A DNA stretch of 63,933 nucleotides, counting the filler, from Nanobdellota archaeon (GTDB lineage Archaea; Nanobdellota; Nanobdellia; Woesearchaeales; CAZZGN01), in NCBI GenBank assembly GCA_051819665.1. It is 12 parts of 12 records of this genome, joined end to end, with 100 filler letters (N's around TTAATTAATTAA, not from the genome) between each part and the next. Parts side by side here need not be neighbours in the genome. Positions count along the whole stretch, not along the records: positions 26,459 to 32,558 come from JBNJDG010000053.1; positions 32,659 to 37,834 come from JBNJDG010000054.1; positions 37,935 to 42,444 come from JBNJDG010000055.1; 9 more parts are not named here. One strand, given 5' to 3'. Below are positions 27,488-38,446 of the stretch, in pieces. Under the pieces are notes generated by a model. It was not told the origin of the DNA, did no database searches, and saw only the letters and a list, made by a program, of their open reading frames with translations. The stretch's first letter is position 1. Each line of letters opens with the position of its first letter. The translations under genes and the position numbers were made by a program.

Positions 27488-29539
27488 TTAGCTTATCTTC
27501 GACCCATCGGGCATATCAACGTTCAGCTCTTTACCGTTTATCTTGAGTGTTCTTCCTGAAGACCTTATCCTTTTCTCAGATACAGTGATCTTATGCCTGA
27601 AGAACTCCTTTATATCGAGCTTCTTCTCTTTAGGTTCCACATCGCCAAACTTGACCTGTGTGCCTGGTTCTACCTCCCCTGGATCTATTACCTTTACCTT
27701 ATCATCCTTTGATGCTGCAAGGAGCATACCCTCGCTTTTCCTTCCCTTCAGTTTAGCAGGTTTGAGATTAGAGACTATGACTATATTCTTCCCTTTGAGC
27801 TCTTCCTCTCTGTAATGGTACCTCAGTCCAGCCACAAGCTGCCTCTCTTCAGAACCCAGGCTTATCCTGAGCATATAGAGCTTGTCAGCTTCAGGATGTT
27901 TCTCTACAGACATTATCCTGGCTGTCTTGAGATTGATGGCCGAGAGAGGATCCTCAAACTCAAGCTTCTCTATCCTCTTAAGGATTATCTTCGCCTTGTT
28001 TATGCTGTGCTCACCTATACTTCCGGGGTTTTTCAGATCAGTCTCCATACCGAGCTGTTCCTCGAACTTATCTGTCTTATAAGGCATGACCGGCTTGAGT
28101 AAAGCTATAACATTCTTCGCTATATTGACGCAGACGCTCAGGACCCTGTGAGCCTCTTCCCTGTCTTCCTTCACTTTCTTCCAGGGCTCGTTCTCCTGCA
28201 TGTACCTGTTCCCGAAAGCACTCAGCTCCAGCATAGTATTGATCGCCTGCCTGAACTCATACTTCCTGTAATAATCAACTGCCTTATCTGTAAGTTCTTT
28301 TGCCTCTGCAGGCATCTCAACATCCACTACCTTGCTGTCGAAGAATCGGTTGGTGAATGAGAAAACACGGTATATGAAATTAGCGACATTCCCTACAAGC
28401 TCGTTGTTGATCCTGTTCCTGAAATCCTCAAGGTCGAGATCAAGGTCCTCCAGTCTTCTGGTAAGGTTAGCGGCATAATAGAACCTGAGGAATTCAGGAT
28501 CCGCCTTCTCAGCGAACTGCTTGGCAGTGAGGAAAGTTCCTCTCGATTTGGACATCTTCTCCTTATTGATCGTCAGGAAACCGTGGACAACTATGTCATC
28601 TGGAAGGTTAAAGCCGGCTTCCATCAGCATCGCCGGCCAGAAAAGAAGGTGGAAATATATGATGTCCTTCCCTATGAAATGTATTATCCTCCCCTCGCTG
28701 TTGTTCCAGTAATCCTCTACATTCTCTCCGTTATCTTTACAATATTTCTCCGTACTTGAGATATAACCTATCGGAGCGTCAAGCCAGACATAGTAATACT
28801 TGTTCTCCTCCCCAGGTATCTTAAAACCGAAGTAAGGGCCATCCCTCGAGATATCCCAGTCTTCCAGACCCTCCTTGATCCAGTTCCTCACATAATTCTT
28901 TATCTCCGGCTGAAGGTTCTCATTATTCTTCAGCCACTCATCAAGCTTTCCGGCGAGAGACTTGAGCTTAAAGAAATAATGTTTAGACTTCTTCCTCACT
29001 GGCTTCTTTCCTGTTAAGACAGAGAAGGGTTCAAGGAGATCGACAGGTGTGTATGTCGAATTGCATTTCTCACATACATCCCCGTATTGGTCCTCTGCAC
29101 CGCATTTCGGACATTTCCCTTTCACAAACCTGTCTGGAAGGAACCTCTGTAGTTCCTCATCAAAGAAATTCTCAACATCCTTTGTATATATAAGTCCTCT
29201 CTCATTGAGCCTGTTGAAGATAAGGTCACTGTACTTCTTGTTCTCCTCACTATTGGTTGAATAATAACTGTCAAAGTATATGGAGAAGGTCCTGAAGTCC
29301 TGGAAATGTTCCTTGTGATATTTCTCGATAAGCTCCTCAGGTGTTATGCCCTGCTGATGCGCCTTTATCTCTATAGGCGTCCCATGGGTATCATCAGCAC
29401 AGCAAAATATGGCTTTCTCACCCAATAATTTCATGACTCTTGTGAAGATATCAGACTGGATATACTCCACCAGATGCCCAATATGGATGCTTCCGTTAGC
29501 GTATGGTAATGCCGCCGTGATAACTGTTCGCTTTGCCAT
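27488..29539 (-). CDS. metG: methionyl-tRNA synthetase
   Basis: ALPYANG.IHIGH, KMSKS, C-terminal tRNA-binding OB domain. Confidence 0.98.
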   Translation of the reverse strand: MAKRTVITAALPYANGSIHIGHLVEYIQSDIFTRVMKLLGEKAIFCCADDTHGTPIEIKAHQQGITPEELIEKYHKEHFQDFRTFSIYFDSYYSTNSEENKKYSDLIFNRLNERGLIYTKDVENFFDEELQRFLPDRFVKGKCPKCGAEDQYGDVCEKCNSTYTPVDLLEPFSVLTGKKPVRKKSKHYFFKLKSLAGKLDEWLKNNENLQPEIKNYVRNWIKEGLEDWDISRDGPYFGFKIPGEENKYYYVWLDAPIGYISSTEKYCKDNGENVEDYWNNSEGRIIHFIGKDIIYFHLLFWPAMLMEAGFNLPDDIVVHGFLTINKEKMSKSRGTFLTAKQFAEKADPEFLRFYYAANLTRRLEDLDLDLEDFRNRINNELVGNVANFIYRVFSFTNRFFDSKVVDVEMPAEAKELTDKAVDYYRKYEFRQAINTMLELSAFGNRYMQENEPWKKVKEDREEAHRVLSVCVNIAKNVIALLKPVMPYKTDKFEEQLGMETDLKNPGSIGEHSINKAKIILKRIEKLEFEDPLSAINLKTARIMSVEKHPEADKLYMLRISLGSEERQLVAGLRYHYREEELKGKNIVIVSNLKPAKLKGRKSEGMLLAASKDDKVKVIDPGEVEPGTQVKFGDVEPKEKKLDIKEFFRHKITVSEKRIRSSGRTLKINGKELNVDMPDGSKIS

Positions 29540-29602
29540 GGGAACTGTTATAAAGGAAATCTATTTAAATATTGCTGTTAAGAATATTCGTATGGTGATA
29601 AG

Positions 29603-30256
29603 ATGGAATTTCCGATGATCGTAGTGAACCTCAAGACTTACAAATCAGGAACAGGAAAAGAAGCGGTAGAGCTGGCAAAGATATGCGAGAAAGTGAATCA
29701 TGAGACAGGCAAGAATATTGCTGTTTCTGCACAGGCTGCAGATATCTTCCGTATAAAAGAGAATGTCTCTATACCAGTCTTCGGACAGCACATAGATGAT
29801 ATAGATTATGGCTCTAATACTGGCTTCATACTTCCTGAATCATTGAAGGGAGCAGGAGCTGAAGGGACTCTTATAAACCATTCAGAGCATAAACTTGCTG
29901 AGGAAGAGGTTAAAACGAGGATAGAGAGGGCGAAAGAGATAGGCCTTTTCACGATTGTCTGTGCAGAAGACGCTGAGAAAGGGAGTAAAATGAGTGGTTA
30001 CGGGCCCGATGTGATAGCTGTAGAGCCTCCCGAGCTTATCGGAGGAAAAGTCTCTGTGAGCAGTTCAAAGCCGGAGCTTGTGAAGGACTCGGTCGAGAAA
30101 ATTAACTGTCCTGTACTTGTAGGGGCAGGTGTGCATACGAAGGAGGATGTATCCAAGGCTCTGGAACTAGGAGCTAAAGGCGTTCTCCTGGCTTCGGGAG
30201 TGACCAAAGCGGAAGATCCTGAGAGAGTGCTGAAGGAGCTCTGCGGAGCTCTTTAA
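29603..30256 (+). CDS. tpiA: triosephosphate isomerase (archaeal type)
   Basis: VNLKTY, NHSEH, AVEPPELIG, GVLLASG. Confidence 0.97.
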   Translation: MEFPMIVVNLKTYKSGTGKEAVELAKICEKVNHETGKNIAVSAQAADIFRIKENVSIPVFGQHIDDIDYGSNTGFILPESLKGAGAEGTLINHSEHKLAEEEVKTRIERAKEIGLFTIVCAEDAEKGSKMSGYGPDVIAVEPPELIGGKVSVSSSKPELVKDSVEKINCPVLVGAGVHTKEDVSKALELGAKGVLLASGVTKAEDPERVLKELCGAL

Positions 30257-30314
30257 GCTATTTTTTATGTTTCTCATACATTATGTATAGAATACATACT
30301 GATCAGAAGAAAAA

Positions 30315-30881
30315 TCATGGAACCTTCACATAGAGTTTGTGGAGGTTGTTGTCGTAGAGATCATTTGTAGGCGTGTCTCCATCACAACTACCTGAACCCG
30401 AACAGATATAGACATTGAAGATGTATTCTCCTGATTCTGCTTCAGGAGGCACCTCTATCGGAACAGAGAAAGTCTCTGCTTCGTTATTTCCTACCTCCAC
30501 TTCCTTATACAGATCCATGGTAGGTATGACCTTCGGAGAGGTGTCTATGATTTCATCACCCTCTTCTGTATAACCAGTATCGTACTCTACATCAACAATG
30601 AACTTATCACTATCATCCAGATTAAGGACACCGACGGCAAAAGTGCCTACATTATCCTTATTGATTGTCTTCTGGACAACAGGAATGGTCACCGGCTTAC
30701 TGTCTTCCCTCAATGTGGACTCTATCTGGTTCTTGAGCCGATCATCAACCTGGTTTATATTCTCCTCACCACTGCTCATCATCCTGTTGACCAATGTAAA
30801 GCCCATCCCAAGGACAACTATGCTTATGATAATTACAACAAGCATATTCACCGAGACCTGGATAGCTGCTCTCTTATCCAT
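30315..30881 (-). CDS. pilin-like surface protein
   Basis: KRA-AIQVSVNMLVVIII class III-like signal; beta-rich C-terminus. Confidence 0.7.
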   Translation of the reverse strand: MDKRAAIQVSVNMLVVIIISIVVLGMGFTLVNRMMSSGEENINQVDDRLKNQIESTLREDSKPVTIPVVQKTINKDNVGTFAVGVLNLDDSDKFIVDVEYDTGYTEEGDEIIDTSPKVIPTMDLYKEVEVGNNEAETFSVPIEVPPEAESGEYIFNVYICSGSGSCDGDTPTNDLYDNNLHKLYVKVP

Positions 30882-30882
30882 C

Positions 30883-32277
30883 TTAACCGACCTTTACCAT
30901 AGTGAATTGTTCTGTGTCGAAATCAAAGGAATCTCTCTTCGTATTCGTCTCTTCATTCCTCTTATAATCTATCTCATAATTTACCTTGATCCTAAGAGTG
31001 GCCTCTTTCTCATACTCGCTTATACTGAAATCAAAGGGTATGCTGAAACTCAGGGTATCGTAAACTTCCGAAAGCTTGTTATTTGAACTAAAAGACTCAT
31101 CTGCAAGGGTATTATCTCCATCTGTCACTGTAACCCCTTTGATCTCTAGAGGCAGGACAGCGTCCTCGTCCTTATCCTCAAGTGTCATTGTAAGGTCAAC
31201 CTTATCTTTCTCAGGGTCTATCGGGTTATTTATGGCTGCATTGGTGGTGAGCTTAAAATAAGCAGATTCCTTTGTATCATAGGGCTTTTTCTCTGATTTC
31301 TCCTTCCTCAGCTCTGTAACACAATTGTTCTTCTTGTTACAAGTGAACTGGAGATAGTCACCCTGATCTCCCTCACAGGGGCCACAATCCTTCGAACAAG
31401 TACATTTGCTCTCAGAAGACTCACACTTAAAGTTCCCGCATGCTCCGGGAATAGGCTCATGCTCACAGAAAGCAGTGCCTTCTATACAACTATCTCTTGT
31501 CCCCGGATTGCCATCATCACACTCTTCTTCAACACATTCATACTCTCTGTCCGGATTGAGGAATTTGAGGGGGTCTCTCCTGTCCTTGATCTCGAAATCC
31601 TCGCTGTCCCTTTTCAGGTCACCATCATCCTTGTACTGATAATTCACTACTGCATCAACAGGATATTCCTTCACTTTCTCTCCCATTGACTTATCAACAT
31701 ATACTTCCTCCTTTATGGAAGAACCTGAAGGCCAGAGTCTCTTCTCGACATCCTTCTCTCCAAGAGTAAAAGATGACCTGTCTTCTTTGGATCTTAACTT
31801 TACTTTGGTGATCTCTATATCCGTAACCCCCTTGTCCACATCAACAAGCTCGAATTCAAAATCGAACAGTGACTTCTTCACATTGAATGGAGAATCATAA
31901 GCTGCTGTGGTCATTATTTCGAGATCCCTCAGGTCAAGCTTCTTGGAAGTCTCCTGAGAAGACATCTCATCCTTCTTTACATCCATCACACAACTATCAT
32001 CATCAAGGCATTTAGCTTCAAAGTATTCTTGAGAAGCATTTATCGTGCATTCACCACAATCTTCAGAGCATGTGCATTCGTTCTCATCATCTTCACACAT
32101 CTGGTTTCCGCAGCAATCTTTCACAGGACTTTTCGTGCATTTCCCGTCATCACAGGAAGCATCAAAGCATTCTCCTGCCGTACAATCAGCCGCAGTCTCG
32201 CATTCGGGCTCTTCCCCGCAACCGGCCAATAGAAGAAATATTGATAAAAATAAAATAAGATAAATGCTTCTCATCAT
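30883..32277 (-). CDS. Cys-rich surface lipoprotein
   Basis: LLAGC lipobox; two CGN..CE..E..C.C..DCG.C modules, each followed by a beta-rich domain. Confidence 0.8.
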   Translation of the reverse strand: MMRSIYLILFLSIFLLLAGCGEEPECETAADCTAGECFDASCDDGKCTKSPVKDCCGNQMCEDDENECTCSEDCGECTINASQEYFEAKCLDDDSCVMDVKKDEMSSQETSKKLDLRDLEIMTTAAYDSPFNVKKSLFDFEFELVDVDKGVTDIEITKVKLRSKEDRSSFTLGEKDVEKRLWPSGSSIKEEVYVDKSMGEKVKEYPVDAVVNYQYKDDGDLKRDSEDFEIKDRRDPLKFLNPDREYECVEEECDDGNPGTRDSCIEGTAFCEHEPIPGACGNFKCESSESKCTCSKDCGPCEGDQGDYLQFTCNKKNNCVTELRKEKSEKKPYDTKESAYFKLTTNAAINNPIDPEKDKVDLTMTLEDKDEDAVLPLEIKGVTVTDGDNTLADESFSSNNKLSEVYDTLSFSIPFDFSISEYEKEATLRIKVNYEIDYKRNEETNTKRDSFDFDTEQFTMVKVG

Positions 32278-32283
32278 AACACC

Positions 32284-32514
32284 TCACTTGAGTACCTCAT
32301 ATTCTCTCACGAGTATCCACATGAAGAGAATAAGGATTATCGCTCCTGCCACAATGAAGGAAACGCCTTCCTGTAAGTATTTCCCTGTCACCAATGAGAA
32401 GAACCCGTAACCCAGGACAAAGATGCCCAGCCACAGGAACTTATCGAATACTAACTTCATTATCTCAAACTCTTCAGCTTGAGTCATCCTCTTTTTCGTT
32501 TTCTTAGCCATCAT
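32284..32514 (-). CDS. small 2-TM membrane protein
   Basis: EFEIMKLVFDKFLWLG...LVREYE. Confidence 0.75.
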   Translation of the reverse strand: MMAKKTKKRMTQAEEFEIMKLVFDKFLWLGIFVLGYGFFSLVTGKYLQEGVSFIVAGAIILILFMWILVREYEVLK

Positions 32515-32558
32515 TAATCACCTTAAGCTGTCTGCGCCTTCATTATGAAAGGCTTTGA

Positions 32559-32658
32559 NNNNNNNNNNNNNNNNNNNNNNNNNNNNNNNNNNNNNNNNNN
32601 NNTTAATTAATTAANNNNNNNNNNNNNNNNNNNNNNNNNNNNNNNNNNNNNNNNNNNN
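32559..32658. other. assembly linker
   Basis: N-run with TTAATTAATTAA. Confidence 0.99.
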
Positions 32659-32701
32659 CGAAATTCCACCTCTTTTATCATATACCTAAATACAGAAGTT
32701 A

Positions 32702-35557
32702 TTATTTAAATATCTTTTCAAAAACAAACTGCCTTATAGCTTCAGGCCACTCTTCCTCTATCTTATCCTTCATCCCTTCGAGCTCTTCAGCGACATCCTC
32801 TCTCATCTCTCCCCCTTCTATAAGCTCGAAGAGCTCTTCCTTAATATAGGCAGGCAGAGAAAGATTGCCGGCCTGAAGCTTGAGCTCATGCTCTTTCTCC
32901 TTGACCTCATCAAACTTCTCCTTCTCTTCCTTCTCCCACTGCTCATGATAATCAAATTCTGAAAAATCCTCTTTCGTAACCCCTTTCTTAGTGCTTATCT
33001 TCGCAAGGACCATCTTATGCATATTCCTGAGGAAATCAACCTTATCCTCTATCCTCATATAATCAGTATGCCCCTGAAGCACCATCTTGAAAGAGAAAGG
33101 CGAAGGCACAGGATTGTTGACCTCCTCGATCTTCATCTCCCCGTTCTCTATCATCTTAAGCACCTTCCTTGTGCTCTCTATGTCCATGAGGTCCTCAAGA
33201 ACCTCCCTCCTTGCCTCCTTAAGGATCGAGAAATCGGGATCTATCCTCTTAAGAGCATTCATCAGGATCATCGAGCTGACCTGCTGCCTGCCCACCTTCT
33301 TAGACTTACCCCGATAATTACGTAAGATCATCAATGCTCTCGTAGCTGTATGCCTGAACCTCCTCTTAAGCACCTCGGTCTTGTCGATAGCCGCCTTAAG
33401 GAGAAGCTCAAGCTTATCAGAACGGAGCATCTTCACTGCTCTCATTATATTCACTTTCTTGTGAGACCTGAGATAGAAACCATTATCCGAGATGCCAATC
33501 TCCATATCCTTATGCTCTATCCTCGAGACAGCGAAAGCGACTGCCCTGCTGAGACAATCATTAACTCTCCTCCCGAAGAGGGTATGGAAGACAATCATCC
33601 TCGTGTTCTCATCAACGAAATGCTCTATCACGATCCTCTTATCATGAGGTATCAAAGAATAATTATACTGTTCCTTGAAATATCTGTAGAGGGAATCAGC
33701 AGCGTTCTTATCTACATAGAGATAATCATGTATGAAATCCATTATCTCTTTCTTGCTAAGCTTGTAATCGAACTTCTCATTCACGAGCCTCCTGAACCTC
33801 TGGATATTCATAGCGAGATCAAAGCTCAAAGGGAGCATCTCGGAGACCCAGTTCGGTATCGTGGGAGGCCTGTCCACAGTCGCTCTTACCTGAGCAGTCA
33901 TGCCCCTGGCATAAAGGAACTCATACTTCGCCCCTCCGAGGACAAAGACATCGCCCCTCTTAAGCTTCTCGAGGAAGCCTTCGTCTATATGACCCACGAT
34001 ATTCTCGCCTATCTTAACTTTCACGAAAGTCTCATCAGGGATCGTACCAATATTGGTCATATAAAGGACCCTGGCCATCTTCCCCCTTTTCCCGATCATA
34101 CCTTCGTTATGCCATATCTTAGCATACACATGCCTGTCCTCGAGAGAGGAATAAACACCTGCAAGATAATCCACGACCTGTTTGAAATCCTTCTCCTCGA
34201 GATCCCTGAAATTATAACTCCCCCTGACCATAGCCAGGAGCTCGTCATAGCTTATCCTCCCGCCTATAGCTATACCATATATCTGCTGAGCGAGGACATC
34301 AAGACAATTACCGGGAATATGTATCCTGTCTATCTTCTTGTTCATCGCATCCCTCATCATCACACTGCATTCAACAAGATCGTCTCTCTCAAGAACCATG
34401 ATCCTCCCTTTAGTCTTCTTATGGAGTTGATGACCTGCCCTGCCGCACCTCTGTATAGCTCTGGCAACAGATTTGGGAGAACCAAGGAGTATAACAAGAT
34501 CTATATTGCCAATATCAATACCTAGCTCGAGGGAAGTGGAACTGACGACTACCTTAATATCGCCGTTTCTCATCCTCTTCTCTACATCATGCCTTATCTC
34601 TTTAGCCAAAGAACCGTGATGAGCACCTATATTCTCCCCGTAATGCCCAGGATATTTCTCTTTCAGGTTACTGACGACCCTCTCGGTGGCAGACCTTGTA
34701 TTCGTGAATATCAAAGTGGTCTTATGAGAGCTTATGAGATCATGTATCTGTTCATACATCTTCTCATGCATCTGTCCATGTGATGTATCTATAAGATCCG
34801 ATACAGGACTTAATACCTTAAGATCCAGCTCTTTTATGAACTGAACATCTATTATCTTACAGTCCCTCTCCTCTCCATTCTCATAACCGGCCAGGTATTT
34901 ACCTATCTCCTCAAGAGGCGCGACTGTGGCAGAAAGACCCACTCTGGTAACATAGCTTGACAGCCGGCTGAGCCTTTCCAGACTTAAAGACAGATGAACC
35001 CCTCTCTTATTCTCAGCGAGAGAATGCACCTCATCCACTATACACCATTCAACACCTTTCATGTTGTCTTTGAATTTGGCTGTGGAAAGGAGAATAGCAA
35101 GGGACTCAGGAGTGGTTATCAATATATGAGGAGGATTCTTCAGCATCTTTGACTTCTCTGCCTGGGATGTATCTCCTGTCCTTACACCCACTCTGATGCC
35201 CAGATCCCTGCCTGCAATCCTGCTTATCTCCTCAAGGGGTTTCAGCAGGTTATGCCTGATGTCTTCATTCAGCGCCTTCAGTGGACTCACATAGACACAA
35301 TAAACCTTGTCCTCGAGTTTACCCTTCTCAGCAGAATCAACAAGCTCATTTATGACAGAAAGAAAACCAGTAAGCGTCTTTGTCGCGCCGGTAGGGGCAG
35401 AAACAAGAACATTGTTCCTCGAATGGATCTCCATTACTCCATAGCGCTGCGGCAGGCTGAAATCCGCGAACTTAGAGAAGAACCATTCCTTCACAGTCGG
35501 ATTCAGTATATTCAGTAGATCCTCTTTGCTCTCTGGCTGCTCCTTATAATAGACCAT
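32702..35557 (-). CDS. lhr: Lhr-like SF2 ATP-dependent helicase
   Basis: APTGATKT, SPLKAL, TTPESL, DEVH, SAT, HHGSL, SLELGID, QRCGRAGH. Confidence 0.95.
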   Translation of the reverse strand: MVYYKEQPESKEDLLNILNPTVKEWFFSKFADFSLPQRYGVMEIHSRNNVLVSAPTGATKTLTGFLSVINELVDSAEKGKLEDKVYCVYVSPLKALNEDIRHNLLKPLEEISRIAGRDLGIRVGVRTGDTSQAEKSKMLKNPPHILITTPESLAILLSTAKFKDNMKGVEWCIVDEVHSLAENKRGVHLSLSLERLSRLSSYVTRVGLSATVAPLEEIGKYLAGYENGEERDCKIIDVQFIKELDLKVLSPVSDLIDTSHGQMHEKMYEQIHDLISSHKTTLIFTNTRSATERVVSNLKEKYPGHYGENIGAHHGSLAKEIRHDVEKRMRNGDIKVVVSSTSLELGIDIGNIDLVILLGSPKSVARAIQRCGRAGHQLHKKTKGRIMVLERDDLVECSVMMRDAMNKKIDRIHIPGNCLDVLAQQIYGIAIGGRISYDELLAMVRGSYNFRDLEEKDFKQVVDYLAGVYSSLEDRHVYAKIWHNEGMIGKRGKMARVLYMTNIGTIPDETFVKVKIGENIVGHIDEGFLEKLKRGDVFVLGGAKYEFLYARGMTAQVRATVDRPPTIPNWVSEMLPLSFDLAMNIQRFRRLVNEKFDYKLSKKEIMDFIHDYLYVDKNAADSLYRYFKEQYNYSLIPHDKRIVIEHFVDENTRMIVFHTLFGRRVNDCLSRAVAFAVSRIEHKDMEIGISDNGFYLRSHKKVNIMRAVKMLRSDKLELLLKAAIDKTEVLKRRFRHTATRALMILRNYRGKSKKVGRQQVSSMILMNALKRIDPDFSILKEARREVLEDLMDIESTRKVLKMIENGEMKIEEVNNPVPSPFSFKMVLQGHTDYMRIEDKVDFLRNMHKMVLAKISTKKGVTKEDFSEFDYHEQWEKEEKEKFDEVKEKEHELKLQAGNLSLPAYIKEELFELIEGGEMREDVAEELEGMKDKIEEEWPEAIRQFVFEKIFK

Positions 35558-35611
35558 CTACTCAGGATAAGAGAAGAGAAATATAAATTTTAGGAAAGAA
35601 AAAGAAAATAA

Positions 35612-35845
35612 TCATTGATGCTGGTCATAGATCTTGATCAGTACCAATGTCTGAGAAAGTATCGCTAACACCACGATCAACAGGATCTCTATGATCGCCA
35701 CTGACTCATAGCCGATAGAACTGTTGCCGAACTTAGCATTGGCAAAAACATACAATGCTGCGACTCCGAAGAGTACCATCAGCACACCAATCACTTTCTC
35801 TAGTACATGAGATTTCACTCTTTTTTTCTTAGCCATTATTAACAC
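35612..35845 (-). CDS. small 2-TM membrane protein
   Basis: 77-aa ORF just downstream of the archaellins. Confidence 0.65.
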   Translation of the reverse strand: MLIMAKKKRVKSHVLEKVIGVLMVLFGVAALYVFANAKFGNSSIGYESVAIIEILLIVVLAILSQTLVLIKIYDQHQ

Positions 35846-35851
35846 CTTCTT

Positions 35852-36436
35852 TCATGGGAATACAACGACCCTTTTCTGAGTTATATAATCAGGCATAGCC
35901 GTCTCTATCAACGTAGGATTGCCCACTTTCGGAACCATCCTCAGTTCCAGAGTCTCGTCCTCAGTAATGTTCCTTCCTGTCTTGAAGCACAGCTTTACAA
36001 TATCCCCAGAATGGAGATAACCGCTCTCGAACCTTGAACCCTTTATAAGATATTCTGAAGCGAAATCCTCAGCTCCTGACGGTAAGTTTGTATCACAGTT
36101 CAGAGTTGAATTGTAACCGTAATCATAAGAAGCATTCTCCAGAGACATCTCCACCAGAAGATCCCCTAAAGCTACCGGATCAGAGCCGGGCGCGACTTTA
36201 ACTTTCGTATAGAAAGTATCCACAGCATGATTCGAACCTGAACCGTTCTCCGCATAGATGAGCATCGGCTTCAGGCTCGTCGACACCTGCTGTTGTGATC
36301 TCTCGCCTGTAAGCAAAGCCTTGTTCTGCAACGACGATGCAGTCTGTATAAGAACACCTGCAGCTATAGCAGCAACAAGGATCATCGCTATAAAGATTAT
36401 AAGGGTACCTATACCCATTTCAGCTTTTTTTCTCAT
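35852..36436 (-). CDS. arlB: archaellin
   Basis: [34 protein letters not shown]. Confidence 0.93.
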   Translation of the reverse strand: MRKKAEMGIGTLIIFIAMILVAAIAAGVLIQTASSLQNKALLTGERSQQQVSTSLKPMLIYAENGSGSNHAVDTFYTKVKVAPGSDPVALGDLLVEMSLENASYDYGYNSTLNCDTNLPSGAEDFASEYLIKGSRFESGYLHSGDIVKLCFKTGRNITEDETLELRMVPKVGNPTLIETAMPDYITQKRVVVFP

Positions 36437-36583
36437 ATAAACCACCCACCAACTCTTATGATTAATATTCATTTGTATTCCTATTTAAATGTTTCGGTAA
36501 GCTCAAGAAATAAGCGGAAAAAAACATCATGATACAGAAAAGAAGAACAGAAATTCAGAAATAATAAAAAAATAAGTTCCCAT

Positions 36584-37165
36584 TTATGGGAATACTGTAA
36601 CTCTCTCTTCAGAGATTATGTCAGGCATTGCTGTTGCAACGACTGCCGGATTACCTATTTTAGGGACCATCCTGATCTCGATGGTCTCGTCCTCAGTGAC
36701 GTTCCTCTTGGTCTTGAAACACAGCTTTGCTATGTCTCCTCTCTGGAGGTAACCTTCCTCAAACTGGGAACCGGTTATAAGGTAATCCACTGCAAAACCA
36801 TCCTCATACGCAGGTTGGTTCGTATCACAATCAGTTGTGGAGTTGTAAGTGTAATCGTAATTCGCGTTCTTCAGAGAGACTTCCATCAACATCTCCTCGA
36901 ACTTGACCGGATCTGATCCGGGTGCAAGCTTCAGTTTGGAGAAGAAGCTCTGAACAGTACTGTTCGTCGAACCATCTTCAGCATACACCATCATCGGTTT
37001 TATGCTCGTCGATACCTGTTGTTGTGATCTCTCGCCTGTAAGCAAAGCCTTGTTCTGTAAGGACGATGCGGTCTGGATAAGAACACCTGCAGCTATAGCA
37101 GCGACAAGGATCATTGCTATAAAAATTATCAGGGTTCCTATACCCATCTCAGCTTTTTTTCTCAT
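36584..37165 (-). CDS. arlB: archaellin
   Basis: same N-terminus, LAPGSDP. Confidence 0.93.
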   Translation of the reverse strand: MRKKAEMGIGTLIIFIAMILVAAIAAGVLIQTASSLQNKALLTGERSQQQVSTSIKPMMVYAEDGSTNSTVQSFFSKLKLAPGSDPVKFEEMLMEVSLKNANYDYTYNSTTDCDTNQPAYEDGFAVDYLITGSQFEEGYLQRGDIAKLCFKTKRNVTEDETIEIRMVPKIGNPAVVATAMPDIISEERVTVFP

Positions 37166-37345
37166 ATTTAACCACCCTCTTATAGTTTTATATATATTAA
37201 TCTATGCACAACTAATATTTAAAAGTTCCTAAAAACCAGAAATAAATCACATCATTCTCGGCATAAATAAGAGCAGAAAAACAAAAGAAAACTTTAATAC
37301 ACTATCTGTAAGGATCATAGAAATAATAAAAAATAAGTTCCCAAA

Positions 37346-37834
37346 TTATGGGAATACTGTAATCCTCTCTTCAGAGATTATATCTGGCATTGCTGTCGTA
37401 ACAACCGCCGGATTGCCTATCTTAGGGACCATCCTGATCTCGATGGTCTCGTCCTCAGAGACGTTCCTCTTGGTCTGGAAGCACAGCTTTGCTATGTCGC
37501 CTCTCTGGAGGTAACCTTCCTCGAACTGGGAACCGGTTATAAGGTAATCCACTGCAAAACCTTCCTTCGCCGTACTGTTGTATGTAGGCACATTATTCTC
37601 ACAATCCGCCGTGGAATTGTAAGTGTAATCGTAATTCGCGTTCTTCAGAGAGACTTCCATCAACATCTCATCGAACTTGACCGGATCTGAACCAGGTGCA
37701 AGCTTAAGTTTGGAGTAGAAACTCTTCACTGTGCTATCTGTTGAACCATCTTCAGCATACACTAGCATCGGCTTTATGCTTGTCGATACCTGCTGTTGTG
37801 ATCTCTCACCTGTCAGCAAAGCCTTGTTCTGCAA
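37346..37834 (-). CDS. arlB: archaellin, 5'-truncated
   Basis: near-identical to 36584-37165. Confidence 0.9.
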   Translation of the reverse strand: MQNKALLTGERSQQQVSTSIKPMLVYAEDGSTDSTVKSFYSKLKLAPGSDPVKFDEMLMEVSLKNANYDYTYNSTADCENNVPTYNSTAKEGFAVDYLITGSQFEEGYLQRGDIAKLCFQTKRNVSEDETIEIRMVPKIGNPAVVTTAMPDIISEERITVFP

Positions 37835-37934
37835 NNNNNNNNNNNNNNNNNNNNNNNNNNNNNNNNNNNNNNNNNNNNTTAATTAATTAANNNNNNNNNN
37901 NNNNNNNNNNNNNNNNNNNNNNNNNNNNNNNNNN
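37835..37934. other. assembly linker
   Basis: N-run with TTAATTAATTAA. Confidence 0.99.
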
Positions 37935-38384
37935 CCTATGTTCAAGATACCTATGCTCATCTTTGAGGCCCAGAAGATCCAGCTCAAGTCGATGAGCAAG
38001 ATGGGCGTATTCAGGAACATGCCCAAGGTAGTAAGGGAGCTTTCAGATAAATACAGGCTCGGGATATTGTCCTCTAATTCAAAGAAAGTTATCGAGAGGT
38101 TCATCCATAAACATAATATCTCAGAGGATTTTGAGTTCATAAAAGGTTATGTGAAGCTCTTCGGTAAGACCTCTGCCCTGAAGAGCGTGATAAAGGATTA
38201 TGGGCTTAAGAAAGAAGAGGTTCTCTATATTGGAGATGAGGTCAGGGATATAGAGGCGACAAAGAAAGCAGGGGTCGATATGGGTGCAGTGACATGGGGC
38301 CTTAATGCTGAAAAGCTGCTTAGGGAGTATGATCCCAAGTATATAATTAGGAAACCGGATGATCTTCTTGAGATCCTTACTTAG
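37935..38384 (+). CDS. HAD family phosphatase, 5'-truncated
   Basis: LGILSSN, YIGDEVRDIEA, AVTWG. Confidence 0.88.
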   Translation, partial: PMFKIPMLIFEAQKIQLKSMSKMGVFRNMPKVVRELSDKYRLGILSSNSKKVIERFIHKHNISEDFEFIKGYVKLFGKTSALKSVIKDYGLKKEEVLYIGDEVRDIEATKKAGVDMGAVTWGLNAEKLLREYDPKYIIRKPDDLLEILT

Positions 38385-38446
38385 AGTGATTAATTCTTTT
38401 TCTGACAGAGGCAACCTATAAATAATACTGTTCTTCGCTGGCTTTC

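Noticed and set aside
33350..34525. 391-aa plus-strand ORF (also 11672-12379, 45465-46112 and similar)
   Set aside because: Antisense shadows of lhr, amrS and the NTase gene with no recognisable motifs
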